A stretch of DNA of 64,000 nt from Bdellovibrionota bacterium (GCA_044235645.1 JBIIHQ010000007.1:34628-98627); one strand, 5' to 3'. Numbered from the stretch's first letter, positions 36,574 to 45,386 are shown. Program-made: numbers and translations. Notes: generated from the letters alone by a model not told the origin.

Positions 36574-37290
36574 CTACAGGTAGGAATAAAAGATAGTCCG
36601 ACTGATCAGAATCCATCCGTCACATGCATAAAAGAGCAGCAACTTAATCGGAAGGGCGATACTGATAGGGCTTACCATGGTTAATCCCAATGCTGTGAGG
36701 GTATTTGCAATAATCAGGTCAACCAGGAGAAACGGTATAAGGATCATGACCCCGATAATGATCGCACCCCGGAGTTCTGATACAACAAAAGCAGCAAACA
36801 AGACTCGCAGAGGAATGGGACTCCCTAACGGCGGCTCCTGGACCGCTGATTCCTTTCGGTCGCTTGTGTCTGGCGATGAGCTGTTCGACGTTGAAGACTG
36901 CTCTGTGTGCCTGGTCATGGCAATCTCTCTCATGGCAGAGAGCTCAGCGGTACCAACCTGCCTTGCAAGGAATGCTCGCCACGGCTCGATTGCCGGCTGC
37001 AATGCAGCCAAATCCCGCAGTTGTGGTGCTTTATCAAGGGCGAGAGGTGGCACATTATCTAAATTTTTCGCTGATTGAACGAGTATCGGATGCATGACTA
37101 TCGCAACAAGGGATGCGGATAACGCAAACTCTATCGCCATCGTTCCACCCGAATTAAATCCTAGTCCGCCCTTTAGGAGATTGATGACAACACTCACCTT
37201 GAGATAACAGGTGCAGCATGTTACCAGCAGGGGTAACGCCGCGAGAAACATCATAATACCCAGCAGCCACTGGGGGTGGGTCGTTGTCAC
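36574..37290 (-). CDS. sctR: SctR/FliP-family export-apparatus protein
   Basis: 238 aa. The GTG start overlaps the upstream stop (GTGA) and AAGGAG lies 7 nt upstream. PLRVLFAAFVVSELRGAIIIGVMILIPFLLVDLIIANTLTALGLTMVSPISIALPIKLLLFYACDGW closely parallels the FliP/YscR C-terminal half. The protein starts directly with TM1, with no cleavable signal peptide. Confidence 0.9.
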   Translation of the reverse strand: MTTTHPQWLLGIMMFLAALPLLVTCCTCYLKVSVVINLLKGGLGFNSGGTMAIEFALSASLVAIVMHPILVQSAKNLDNVPPLALDKAPQLRDLAALQPAIEPWRAFLARQVGTAELSAMREIAMTRHTEQSSTSNSSSPDTSDRKESAVQEPPLGSPIPLRVLFAAFVVSELRGAIIIGVMILIPFLLVDLIIANTLTALGLTMVSPISIALPIKLLLFYACDGWILISRTIFYSYL

Positions 37291-38237
37291 GTGTTGCTCC
37301 TTTGCTCTTCACTATCACCCACGACATCAATAGCAACAACCCGAACCTTCTCGCCGATAAGGGCAGCTCGAATCGCTTCCTGGACATCCTGTGATACCGA
37401 TGCCGGGGAACATCTCGGTGCGTTTACCCGAACCGTTACTCCCCGATGCGCTGAATGCTGGATCTCAACGGATCCTGTCGCTTCCGGCAGCGGAGCTGAG
37501 ACGATGATATCCCCCAGATCAAGCACCACCGTGGCGATGGGATTCTCTTTTGGAGGAGTCATGCGTCCCGGTTGCTCACGTATTTTTTTTTGCCCCTCAT
37601 CACCCATCGACTCAGCACCTCGGTGCTCTGAGAGGACTCCCCCCTCTCGCCGAATACAAGCCAATGAGCCGGAGCCATCTTGCCCCATGAGTGACACGGA
37701 TCCAGAAAGAGCAGGGCATTGATCCTTTTGAATTTCACTAAGATCGGATTGCTTGCATCCAATACCTGTTGCTGTCTTGTCTTCCTGACTCTGCCAATCG
37801 GCTAGCTCAACTCCCTCGCGAAGTCGTAAAAAAAAGAGCTGTGCTCTCACCTCCTGATCAACGCCTCGCACCCGAGCTCGCTCTGCTACAGCAAGAAGGA
37901 GCTGCAGCCTCTTTTCCCAACCAGCGATGCGATGTTGCCGGTCGGCCCCGCTCGCAAGCCCCTCATGAGCGGCAACCACCCCATCTCGAATCCGGGCTTG
38001 AAGAGGTTTGCTCATCTCCGTCACAGAAGACGATCCGCCAGCATCACTCCATCTGCACGTCAGAGGGGCAGATAGTTGTTCTGCAGTCGCAAGAATCTCC
38101 CGAAATTCTGCCCGTGCCTGATCGATTCTCCGAGATCGAACCCGAACCTGAGCAATCAGCCTCCCAATGCGCAGATACCGAGCGTGCTGAATTCGTTGAA
38201 CAGTCTTACCTCGAGTCGTTATGTGGCCGATTGCCAT
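37287..38237 (-). CDS. Coiled-coil protein with FliK/SctP (T3S4)-like C-terminus; possible SctO/FliJ-SctP/FliK composite
   Basis: ORF 37287..38312 trimmed to ATG 38237, 7 nt after the upstream stop, with GGGAGG upstream. The N-terminal half is Arg/Ala/Leu/Glu-rich helical. The C-terminus VSAPLPEATGSVEIQHSAHRGVTVRVNAPRCSPASVSQDVQEAIRAALIGEKVRVVAIDVV fits L.PE..G.V.I...V.V...L..AL...v.v. By-eye call only. Confidence 0.35.
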   Translation of the reverse strand: MAIGHITTRGKTVQRIQHARYLRIGRLIAQVRVRSRRIDQARAEFREILATAEQLSAPLTCRWSDAGGSSSVTEMSKPLQARIRDGVVAAHEGLASGADRQHRIAGWEKRLQLLLAVAERARVRGVDQEVRAQLFFLRLREGVELADWQSQEDKTATGIGCKQSDLSEIQKDQCPALSGSVSLMGQDGSGSLACIRREGGVLSEHRGAESMGDEGQKKIREQPGRMTPPKENPIATVVLDLGDIIVSAPLPEATGSVEIQHSAHRGVTVRVNAPRCSPASVSQDVQEAIRAALIGEKVRVVAIDVVGDSEEQRSNT

Positions 38238-38244
38238 AACCTGA

Positions 38245-38553
38245 CTAGCCTCCCTGCTGAAGTCGTCGAACGACCCCCGCGACCGCCTCTCCGGTCTTAG
38301 CGCAAACCTCAACTCTCATGGCATATTCCGAGAATGCCCGCTGAATCGTCAGAAGCTCCCCGATATTCATCGATACTTCCGGTCTCATTTTGTCAGCCGG
38401 GTTTGGTCCTATCTTGAAGAGCTCCCTGATATGACGAAACTCGGCAAAACGAGAAATACCGCCATCAGAATGATTTCTTGATACCCCTTTCAAGGGGAAT
38501 GCTGAGTGTATTAACTTCGGATGCACCTCCATCCGAGATATCTCACCTGTCAT
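38245..38553 (-). CDS. Small SctI/FliE-like (inner-rod/needle-family-like) protein
   Basis: ORF 38245..38616 trimmed to ATG 38553, with GGAGGA (38558-38563) 4 nt upstream, giving 102 aa. The C-terminus ELLTIQRAFSEYAMRVEVCAKTGEAVAGVVRRLQQGG has the amphipathic pattern and ...AKT......V..L..GG ending that I associate with T3SS rod (SctI) / FliE-type proteins. Weak by-eye call. Confidence 0.35.
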   Translation of the reverse strand: MTGEISRMEVHPKLIHSAFPLKGVSRNHSDGGISRFAEFRHIRELFKIGPNPADKMRPEVSMNIGELLTIQRAFSEYAMRVEVCAKTGEAVAGVVRRLQQGG

Positions 38554-38735
38554 AACGTCCTCCAACTGCGACTGATTCCCCAACTCTGCTACCCGATTAT
38601 TTTTTGCTCTCCGCAAGGCGTGCGAGGACCACCCTTGTACGGCGGCTCTCCATTATCGACAAAGAAAGGAGGAAGTTGCGGATCATTTGCATCCCTCGGC
38701 ATTTTTTTGAGCCGAGGGCTTTTGCCGAGAAAGCC

Positions 38736-39884
38736 CTAATGTCGGGCGACGAGGGGACGCAGGATCGGCGGAGCGAGAAGAGATGTGATGAGTGACATTG
38801 CGACCAACATCCCAAAAATATCTTCACCGAAAACATTTTGGTTACGACCAATTGTCGCGATTAAGATACCGACTTCACCTCGAGGCACCATACCTACCCC
38901 GACGATAACAGCGCTGCGGTTACCAAGTCGCCGAGCGCCAATAAAACCGGCTACGAACTTTGTAAGGATTGCGAGGACACAGGCCACCAGGAGCAATGGA
39001 CCCTGTTCGTCTATTTTGAATCCCTTCATTGAAACCATGGCTCCTGTGATCACAAAGAAGAATGGTATCAAGAAAGCCCCTACGGCTTCGACCTGAAGAG
39101 TAATCGGCTTATTCTGCGGATGCTCAGCGACGATTACTCCCGCGATGAATGCTCCGATGATTGCGGCCAGTCCCACGTATGACGAGGCGACCGAGAGGCC
39201 AAGACAAATAAGAAGCGATACGGTGAGGGGAGAGAGGGGATCCAGTGGAATATCGAGGATCCGGGGGCTCTTCCTTAGCGCGTAGGCTCCCACCGCGAGG
39301 GTGACACCGATAAAACTGACCGAGAGTGCAAGCCCTCCCAACAGCGGCCATACCGCTAGCCCGTCAGCCGATTGGAGTGCTGCGACTACGCCGAGAACTA
39401 ACATGCCGAGCACATCATCAACAATGGCAGCCCCTAGCACAACTTTGCTCTCGGCCCGATGAAGCACACCAAGGTCTCGTAAGACCTTGGCAGTTATACC
39501 TGCAGACGTGGCGACAAATGCGGCTCCCACAAATAGGGCCGCGGGGAGGGCGAGTTGGAGGAGCGACCACGCCCACCAAAACCCCCCACAAAAGGGTATT
39601 ACTACCCCGACACTTCCGACAACAAGTGGCATCCGACCAAGCTTGCGGAGTGAATCGACGCTCGTCTCAAGCCCCACTAAAAAGAGAAGAAGCATCGCCC
39701 CAACCTCTGAGAGCACCCCAAGGGTCTCACCCACCGAGATCCACCCAAAACACGCCGGCCCGAGCAAAACCCCCGCTAAAACCTGACCGACAACCTCTGG
39801 CAATCGTAATCGCTGACTCAGCTCACCTCCGACAACCCCTGCGGCAAATACAAGAAAAATACTTTCAAGTGGAACGTGTGTCAT
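38736..39884 (-). CDS. Cation:proton antiporter (Na+/H+ exchanger family, CPA2-like, no RCK domain)
   Basis: 382 aa with about 11-12 TM helices. LRLPEVVGQVLAGVLLGP is a typical Na_H_exchanger N-terminus. Confidence 0.85.
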   Translation of the reverse strand: MTHVPLESIFLVFAAGVVGGELSQRLRLPEVVGQVLAGVLLGPACFGWISVGETLGVLSEVGAMLLLFLVGLETSVDSLRKLGRMPLVVGSVGVVIPFCGGFWWAWSLLQLALPAALFVGAAFVATSAGITAKVLRDLGVLHRAESKVVLGAAIVDDVLGMLVLGVVAALQSADGLAVWPLLGGLALSVSFIGVTLAVGAYALRKSPRILDIPLDPLSPLTVSLLICLGLSVASSYVGLAAIIGAFIAGVIVAEHPQNKPITLQVEAVGAFLIPFFFVITGAMVSMKGFKIDEQGPLLLVACVLAILTKFVAGFIGARRLGNRSAVIVGVGMVPRGEVGILIATIGRNQNVFGEDIFGMLVAMSLITSLLAPPILRPLVARH

Positions 39885-39968
39885 GCTTCAGTCCTTTTCA
39901 ACGACATCCCCCGCGCACTTCAAAGATACCTCTTGATTGAGTACCCCCATCAACGAAGCTATCTCACT

Positions 39969-42608
39969 TCAATTGACACCCTCTCCAGGCCTATGGTGCA
40001 CAAGCACCTCACGAGGCCGAGCCCCATCCATCTGGCTCACAATACCATCCCGCTCCATTCGCTCGATGATCCTGGCGGCCCTATTATACCCGATTCGAAA
40101 AACTCTCTGAACGAGAGACGTTGATGCATGTTGTTTATCGACTACGAGCTCCACTGCTTTATCATATAACGGATCGTACTCCCCCTCCCCTTCGGCTCCC
40201 TCTTCCCCTTCACCACCATCCTCTCGGAGCGCCGCCTCACAGAACGCAACTATCGTTTCGTCGTACCGCGGTCCCTCTTTTGACTTTATCGCATTCACAA
40301 CTCGATTTACCTCGGCATCGGTTACAAACGCACCGTGTATCCGACGAAGCGGATTGGCTCCCGGGGCCATAAAGAGCATATCTCCCTTCCCCAGAAGACG
40401 CTCAGCTCCCATCGAATCGAGAATTGTGCGGGAATCAATTCGACTCGTTACCCGAAACGACAATCGTGCTGGAAAATTTGCCTTAATAAGTCCAGTAATC
40501 ACATCAACGGATGGGCGTTGGGTCGCCAAGATGAGATGAATACCTGCAGCCCTTGCCTTCTGCGCAAGCCGCGTTATGAGCTCCTCGATATCTCGTCCCA
40601 CCTGCAACATAAGATCGGCGAGCTCATCCACGACAATAACGATCTTCGGAAGGGGTTGCACAACATCACCCGGAATCGCCGGCGCATCGTCTCTGCCGAT
40701 CACCCCATCGCGATCAGCATCATTATCCGAGGAATCCTGCATTGAAGGGTGAGTCTCCGACTGGTTTTCTCCCCTCTCCTCCGGGTCACTTTCCCCTCTC
40801 ACGACCCGATTGAAACTATCTATATTGCGAACCCCGAACCGCTGCATTAATCGGTATCGCCGATCCATCTCCTTGGCTGCCCACTCGAGCACCGCTTTCG
40901 CCTGCTTTGGTACCGTGACCACCGGCACCCTCAGATGAGGTATTCCGTCGTATACAGAAAGTTCGAGCACCTTCGGATCGATCATAATCAGACCGAGCTC
41001 CTGAGGCGTGGCCCGATAGAGCAAACTAACCAGAATCGCATTGAGACACACACTCTTTCCGGTTCCCGTTGCACCAGCAATAAGAAGATGAGGCATCGTC
41101 GCGATATCAACGACAACGGGTAAACCAGAAATATCCTTTCCGAGAGGTATCGCTAGTCTCGATTGATGCCCCTGAGACTCCTCTGACTCAAGCAATTCAC
41201 GCAATCTGACGACATCCCGGCGCGGATTGGGAACCTCAATACCCACAGTACCTTTACCCGGAATCGGAGCAACAATCCTCACCACGGAGGCCCGGAGACT
41301 CATCGCCAGATCGTCCTGCAGGGAAACAATCCGACCGAGCTTAACCCCCGGTGCCGGTTCAAATTCAAACAGCGAAACCACTGGGCCTCGCTGGTATTGG
41401 ACAATACGACCCTTGATATTGAAGTCAGCCAATTTTTCCTCAATTCGCTGCGCTCGGAGTTGTAGCTCCTGACCGTCCTCACCCTCATGCTGCCGGTCAC
41501 TCTCTGCAAGAAGTTTCGCCTGGGGGAATACATAATTATCGAGCACCCTGTCCTTGAGGGGGATCCGTCGCGCGGACTCTGGGGGCAATACCGCAATCGG
41601 AATGCGACGATCCTCCGTTATCGTCCGAGATGTTTCTTCAGAGGAATCGATCGCTTCCCTGAGCAATCGTCGCTTTGGCGAGCTTACGAGTGGCCGACCC
41701 TGCTCAATGACTGCTTTGAGAATGATAGGTTCGGGAGAACGGAAAAAAAGACGGTGCCCCATCTGAACGATGCGCCGCGAAGCTGCAACTCCGAATCGAG
41801 ACATCTGACGGACAGGTGAAAATACGAGCGCCCGGGGCATCGTCACAAAAACATGACGGGCTCCGAACCCCACCCGCGTGACGGCCATCTTTGAAGAGGC
41901 CAGCATCGTGTGTCCGGTGATCAGCGGAGCAAGAACGAAGAGGAGGGAACTGGCCGCTAGAAACGTACCTCCGGGACCGATGAGACCCGAGAGATGTTCA
42001 GCAAGGGTAACACCAACCACACCTCCCCCTCTTGCCCCCGCAAAAAGTCCGAGGAGCAGCGATCCAGAAAACATGGACCCCAACACCGAAACCGCGACAG
42101 ACCGCCACGTCATCGGTGGAGGAGCGGACGTAAGTTCTGAACAACTTTTTCGATGGGTCCGGGTTCCGAACAACCAAAAACACACCGGTAAAATGAATGC
42201 GCCAAACCCAAACCAGCGAAGCATCGATCCCCCGATTGCAACGCCACTGGGCCCGAACAGATGTCCAATTCGAAGCCACGGCAGATCACTATATATCAAT
42301 TCACTGCCGATGATGGCCGCAAGAAGACAGGCTCCTCCAAGGAGCAAAGTGGCAGTCCCGCGCCATACCCGACGCTCAGACACCGTTACATCCCGCTTTT
42401 TTGCTGGAATCCGCTTTATGCCCTCGACCCGTGCTGAACGCGGACGCTGAGTCGTGCGCCGCGCCGGGGCGATCCTTACTGCACCGTTTTTTCGCTGCAT
42501 GGTCAAAATTTGTTCCTTTCCAGGGAGGCGAATATGATCCTCACATGAGGGACAACGTCGCTCGAAAACACCGTCAATCGGCGGGCGATGCCACCCCTCT
42601 CTCAACAA
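39969..42608 (-). CDS. ftsK: DNA translocase FtsK
   Basis: 879 aa, with an alternative ATG at 42500. N-terminal TM helices, a long linker and a motor domain with Walker A GATGTGKS are present, along with IVIVVDELADLM and a C-terminal winged-helix gamma domain (ASTSLVQRVFRIGYNRAARIIERME). Confidence 0.95.
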   Translation of the reverse strand: MLREGWHRPPIDGVFERRCPSCEDHIRLPGKEQILTMQRKNGAVRIAPARRTTQRPRSARVEGIKRIPAKKRDVTVSERRVWRGTATLLLGGACLLAAIIGSELIYSDLPWLRIGHLFGPSGVAIGGSMLRWFGFGAFILPVCFWLFGTRTHRKSCSELTSAPPPMTWRSVAVSVLGSMFSGSLLLGLFAGARGGGVVGVTLAEHLSGLIGPGGTFLAASSLLFVLAPLITGHTMLASSKMAVTRVGFGARHVFVTMPRALVFSPVRQMSRFGVAASRRIVQMGHRLFFRSPEPIILKAVIEQGRPLVSSPKRRLLREAIDSSEETSRTITEDRRIPIAVLPPESARRIPLKDRVLDNYVFPQAKLLAESDRQHEGEDGQELQLRAQRIEEKLADFNIKGRIVQYQRGPVVSLFEFEPAPGVKLGRIVSLQDDLAMSLRASVVRIVAPIPGKGTVGIEVPNPRRDVVRLRELLESEESQGHQSRLAIPLGKDISGLPVVVDIATMPHLLIAGATGTGKSVCLNAILVSLLYRATPQELGLIMIDPKVLELSVYDGIPHLRVPVVTVPKQAKAVLEWAAKEMDRRYRLMQRFGVRNIDSFNRVVRGESDPEERGENQSETHPSMQDSSDNDADRDGVIGRDDAPAIPGDVVQPLPKIVIVVDELADLMLQVGRDIEELITRLAQKARAAGIHLILATQRPSVDVITGLIKANFPARLSFRVTSRIDSRTILDSMGAERLLGKGDMLFMAPGANPLRRIHGAFVTDAEVNRVVNAIKSKEGPRYDETIVAFCEAALREDGGEGEEGAEGEGEYDPLYDKAVELVVDKQHASTSLVQRVFRIGYNRAARIIERMERDGIVSQMDGARPREVLVHHRPGEGVN

Positions 42609-42712
42609 ATCACTTTCCCTGATTTACCTTCCCCCTTTTTTGATGAAGGAAGATGCAAAACAGGAGCTTAGAAACTTAATACCTCGGCGGGCGTCCAGGC
42701 TACTGCCTCGTC

Positions 42713-43429
42713 CTACCCATCACGGCGGAGGAATAATCGCTCACGTTGAGCGGCGACCTCTCGCGCGGCAGCGCGAAATGCCGACCGAAGAAGGGCATGT
42801 TCACTTTTCCATCCCGAGCCCCCCCCTTCTTGTCGCTTCTTCAACTGCAACAGGTTATCGCTGAGTGGCCTGTCGTTAAAGACGTAACTCCCCTGCCAAA
42901 CAACCCGTTTAGTCCGCATATTTCGAAGGGTCATTTCGCACTCGACCTCGGCGGGCTGCATTGCCCCCACAGCAGACCCCTTCAGAGACGTTAAATGTCG
43001 GATCCTGACAGCAAAAACACCATCTCCTGACCCTTCTGAAGCGGATATGACTTCACTTCCCCACTCCTCCCGCATGGCATCTACCACCTCCTGAGTGAGC
43101 TCAGCCTCGCTCAAGGCACCATCATCGCCAGCACTCACAACAGGTGCCACGGCAACCGTATTAACGGAGAGAAGACCCGGTTCATCGAGGACAACTGAAC
43201 GAAGCCCCCCGAGATGCGTTGAAGTCACTCCGGTAGCCGCACAACCACCAAGCAGTGCGGATGCCACTACTATCATTCCCGCGACGAGTGATGATGGTAA
43301 AAATAAAACATCATCCGAAGGCAAGGGCGCTTTCACTTCCCACCTGCGAAGCCTTTTCAAAAAGTTGGCTTTCTTTGAGCTTAGATACAACATCTCTCCA
43401 GAAGACCCTTCCATCGTTTGATAACTCAT
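42713..43429 (-). CDS. Hypothetical lipoprotein
   Basis: The lipobox is SALLGG-C. No family was recognised and the start is uncertain. Confidence 0.4.
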   Translation of the reverse strand: MSYQTMEGSSGEMLYLSSKKANFLKRLRRWEVKAPLPSDDVLFLPSSLVAGMIVVASALLGGCAATGVTSTHLGGLRSVVLDEPGLLSVNTVAVAPVVSAGDDGALSEAELTQEVVDAMREEWGSEVISASEGSGDGVFAVRIRHLTSLKGSAVGAMQPAEVECEMTLRNMRTKRVVWQGSYVFNDRPLSDNLLQLKKRQEGGGSGWKSEHALLRSAFRAAAREVAAQRERLFLRRDG

Positions 43430-43660
43430 CCCCCCTCCTCTTGCGAACCGACGTCATCCCCGCTTTACACCTCTATCTGTGTCTCGGTATTGAACAATCA
43501 ACAAGAGACGAAGTGCAAGGAGATAACGTCGTTACCTCACCCCCTTTTTTGTATTTTGATTTCAGGATTTTCTTTACTTAGCCCCTTGATCCCTCGATTG
43601 CATGATTATTACCATGCCAACGATATCTCTTAAATTTATCCGTCATCGAAAGGTAGCGAT

Positions 43661-43888
43661 ATGTCGCGGTGGTGCATCACAATTCCTCTTGTGTTATACT
43701 CCACCGGTTGTCGAGCCGCCCCCGAGGCGGCGGAACACGCGAAGAGCGCAAAGGTGGGAGGAAAGTATAAGGGATTCGGAGGGCAACCTATTGGTTTCGA
43801 TCCGAAAAAACCATCCGACGCACCATCGATGTATATAGGAGCGGAATACTCCGGAGAGAGGACCCTGAAGAAGCAGTCCGTTTATTAA
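43661..43888 (+). CDS. Small putative lipoprotein
   Basis: 75 aa with GAAAGG about 8 nt upstream. MSRWCITIPLVLYSTG-C resembles a lipoprotein signal. It ends 28 nt before the acidic-protein gene. Confidence 0.3.
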   Translation: MSRWCITIPLVLYSTGCRAAPEAAEHAKSAKVGGKYKGFGGQPIGFDPKKPSDAPSMYIGAEYSGERTLKKQSVY

Positions 43889-43916
43889 GGCAGAGACGTT
43901 TGTAAAAGCAGATACT

Positions 43917-44324
43917 ATGAGCACCAAAGCCACAGAAAAGATCACCGAAGCACTTTCTCAACTTCTTGAGGGATTCGCTGAACTCCAGGAGCAGATTGAA
44001 GAGGATCTTGGCGAAGAGTCCGACGAAGATGAAGACGAAGAGAGGGCATCTGATATAGAGGCGGGCATCATAACCGAGGTGCGATCAGCCATTGAATCCG
44101 TGATCGAGTCAGACGATTTTGCCGTCGAAGACTTTGCAGCGATGATCTCCTCGGTCACCGAAGCGCTTGAAGAGATTGACCCCGACATCTTCGAGGGGAG
44201 TGAGGAAGAGGACGAGGAAGAGGACGAGGACGACGATGAAGACGAGGATGATGAAGACCTCGACTTCGACGATGAGGATGAAGACTACGAGGAAGATTTT
44301 GAGGATGATGACGAAGATGACTAA
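43917..44324 (+). CDS. Hyper-acidic protein (helical N-terminus, poly-Asp/Glu tail)
   Basis: 135 aa. The last ~40 residues are almost entirely D/E (SEEEDEEEDEDDDEDEDDEDLDFDDEDEDYEEDFEDDDEDD). The SD is weak. Confidence 0.5.
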   Translation: MSTKATEKITEALSQLLEGFAELQEQIEEDLGEESDEDEDEERASDIEAGIITEVRSAIESVIESDDFAVEDFAAMISSVTEALEEIDPDIFEGSEEEDEEEDEDDDEDEDDEDLDFDDEDEDYEEDFEDDDEDD

Positions 44325-44687
44325 AGCCTCCGGTTGACGGTAGTCTCCGGATAGAATCGCCGACTATCGATGGCGACGAATATCGCGGATACCTCCTTGC
44401 GATTGGGGTGCGTACACTTCTCATCCCAATCTGTCCTCCCTACATTAGCTTACTTAAGATGGATGTCCACTGGGGAGTGATTGCTCAGAGGTAAGAAAAT
44501 CGGTCGATGGAGAGTTTAAAAGTTCAAGTCGATTTGAGCACGAAAGAATATGTCTTCCCCGAAAGAGGACCAATATCAGGAGATGAGAAGAAGTAGCGAG
44601 GAGGCCGTTTCGAACCTTCAGAACTGCGAGTCGCCAAAACGGCAACCCCTCAGAGCTCCTCTGGCGTCGGCTGCGGGGTAAGCGGAC

Positions 44688-45197
44688 TCAATTCTTCTCC
44701 GAGACCTCCACTTTACTTTCTTGCGCTCGAAGCCTTTCTGCCACAACAGCAGGGACGAGCCCCGATACGTCTCCTCCGAACATTGCGACCTGCTTTACCA
44801 TGGAGGAGCTGACGTACGAAACCTCCTCCCGAGCCATCAAGAAGAATGTCTCTATCGCAGGACGGAGATGACGATTAGTAAGCGCAAGCTGACCTTCATA
44901 TTCGTAATCACTAATCGCCCGAAGTCCCCGCAGGACCACCCGAGCCCCGTGGCTCTCAACAAAATCAACCAACAGCCCAGTGAAGCTGAGCACCTCGACG
45001 CGATCCTCAAATTTCTGACAGACCTGCCGAATCATGTCCACCCTCTCGGCTGAGGAGAAAAGGGGTTGCTTGTTGGGATTCCAAACAACCCCAACGATGA
45101 TTCGTTCGAAAAAGGGAAGCGCTCTCGAGATTATATCAAGATGTCCGTTGGTGAATGGGTCAAACGATCCCGGATAAACCGCAGTGGCAGCCTGCAT
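44688..45197 (-). CDS. coaD: Pantetheine-phosphate adenylyltransferase
   Basis: ORF trimmed to ATG 45197 with GGAGGA upstream. Motifs are AVYPGSFDPFTNGHLDII, LRGLRAISDYEYE and SSSMVKQV. Confidence 0.93.
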   Translation of the reverse strand: MQAATAVYPGSFDPFTNGHLDIISRALPFFERIIVGVVWNPNKQPLFSSAERVDMIRQVCQKFEDRVEVLSFTGLLVDFVESHGARVVLRGLRAISDYEYEGQLALTNRHLRPAIETFFLMAREEVSYVSSSMVKQVAMFGGDVSGLVPAVVAERLRAQESKVEVSEKN

Positions 45198-45386
45198 TCC
45201 TCCCCCCTTCGTGAATGAATCAGATTCCGTGTAGGTTAGTTCTCCCCTTCTATCGCACTCCGGAGAGCTACTTGATATCTTGTCGTACTCTACCCCGCGT
45301 CGCAAAATTATGGCAAATATTCGTCGGTCGTCGAAACTCGGCTGATCCGTTTATAATTCTATTCTGCTAGCTCATGAGAACACCAT

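Noticed and set aside
37287-37560. I considered the C-terminus of the 316-aa protein as a SpoA (SctQ/FliN) domain.
   Set aside because: The sequence lacks the V.l.velG...l.l.el..L..G.v..L pattern of SpoA domains. It fits the FliK/SctP L.PE..G.V.I...L..AL pattern better. This remains a by-eye judgement.
38653-38660. GTCGATAA on the minus strand resembles the sigma28 (FliA) -10 element GCCGATAA, upstream of the export-gate operon.
   Set aside because: The corresponding -35 position reads GCAA instead of TAAA. A sigma70-like TTGTCG-17-TACAAG reading of the same region is equally possible, so this is insufficient to call a flagellar class III promoter.
38604-38795. A plus-strand 63-aa ORF contains an SD-like AAAGGAGG.
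   Set aside because: It is antisense to the antiporter 3' end and to the intergenic hairpins, has no homology or plausible composition, and the SD-like string is probably coincidental.
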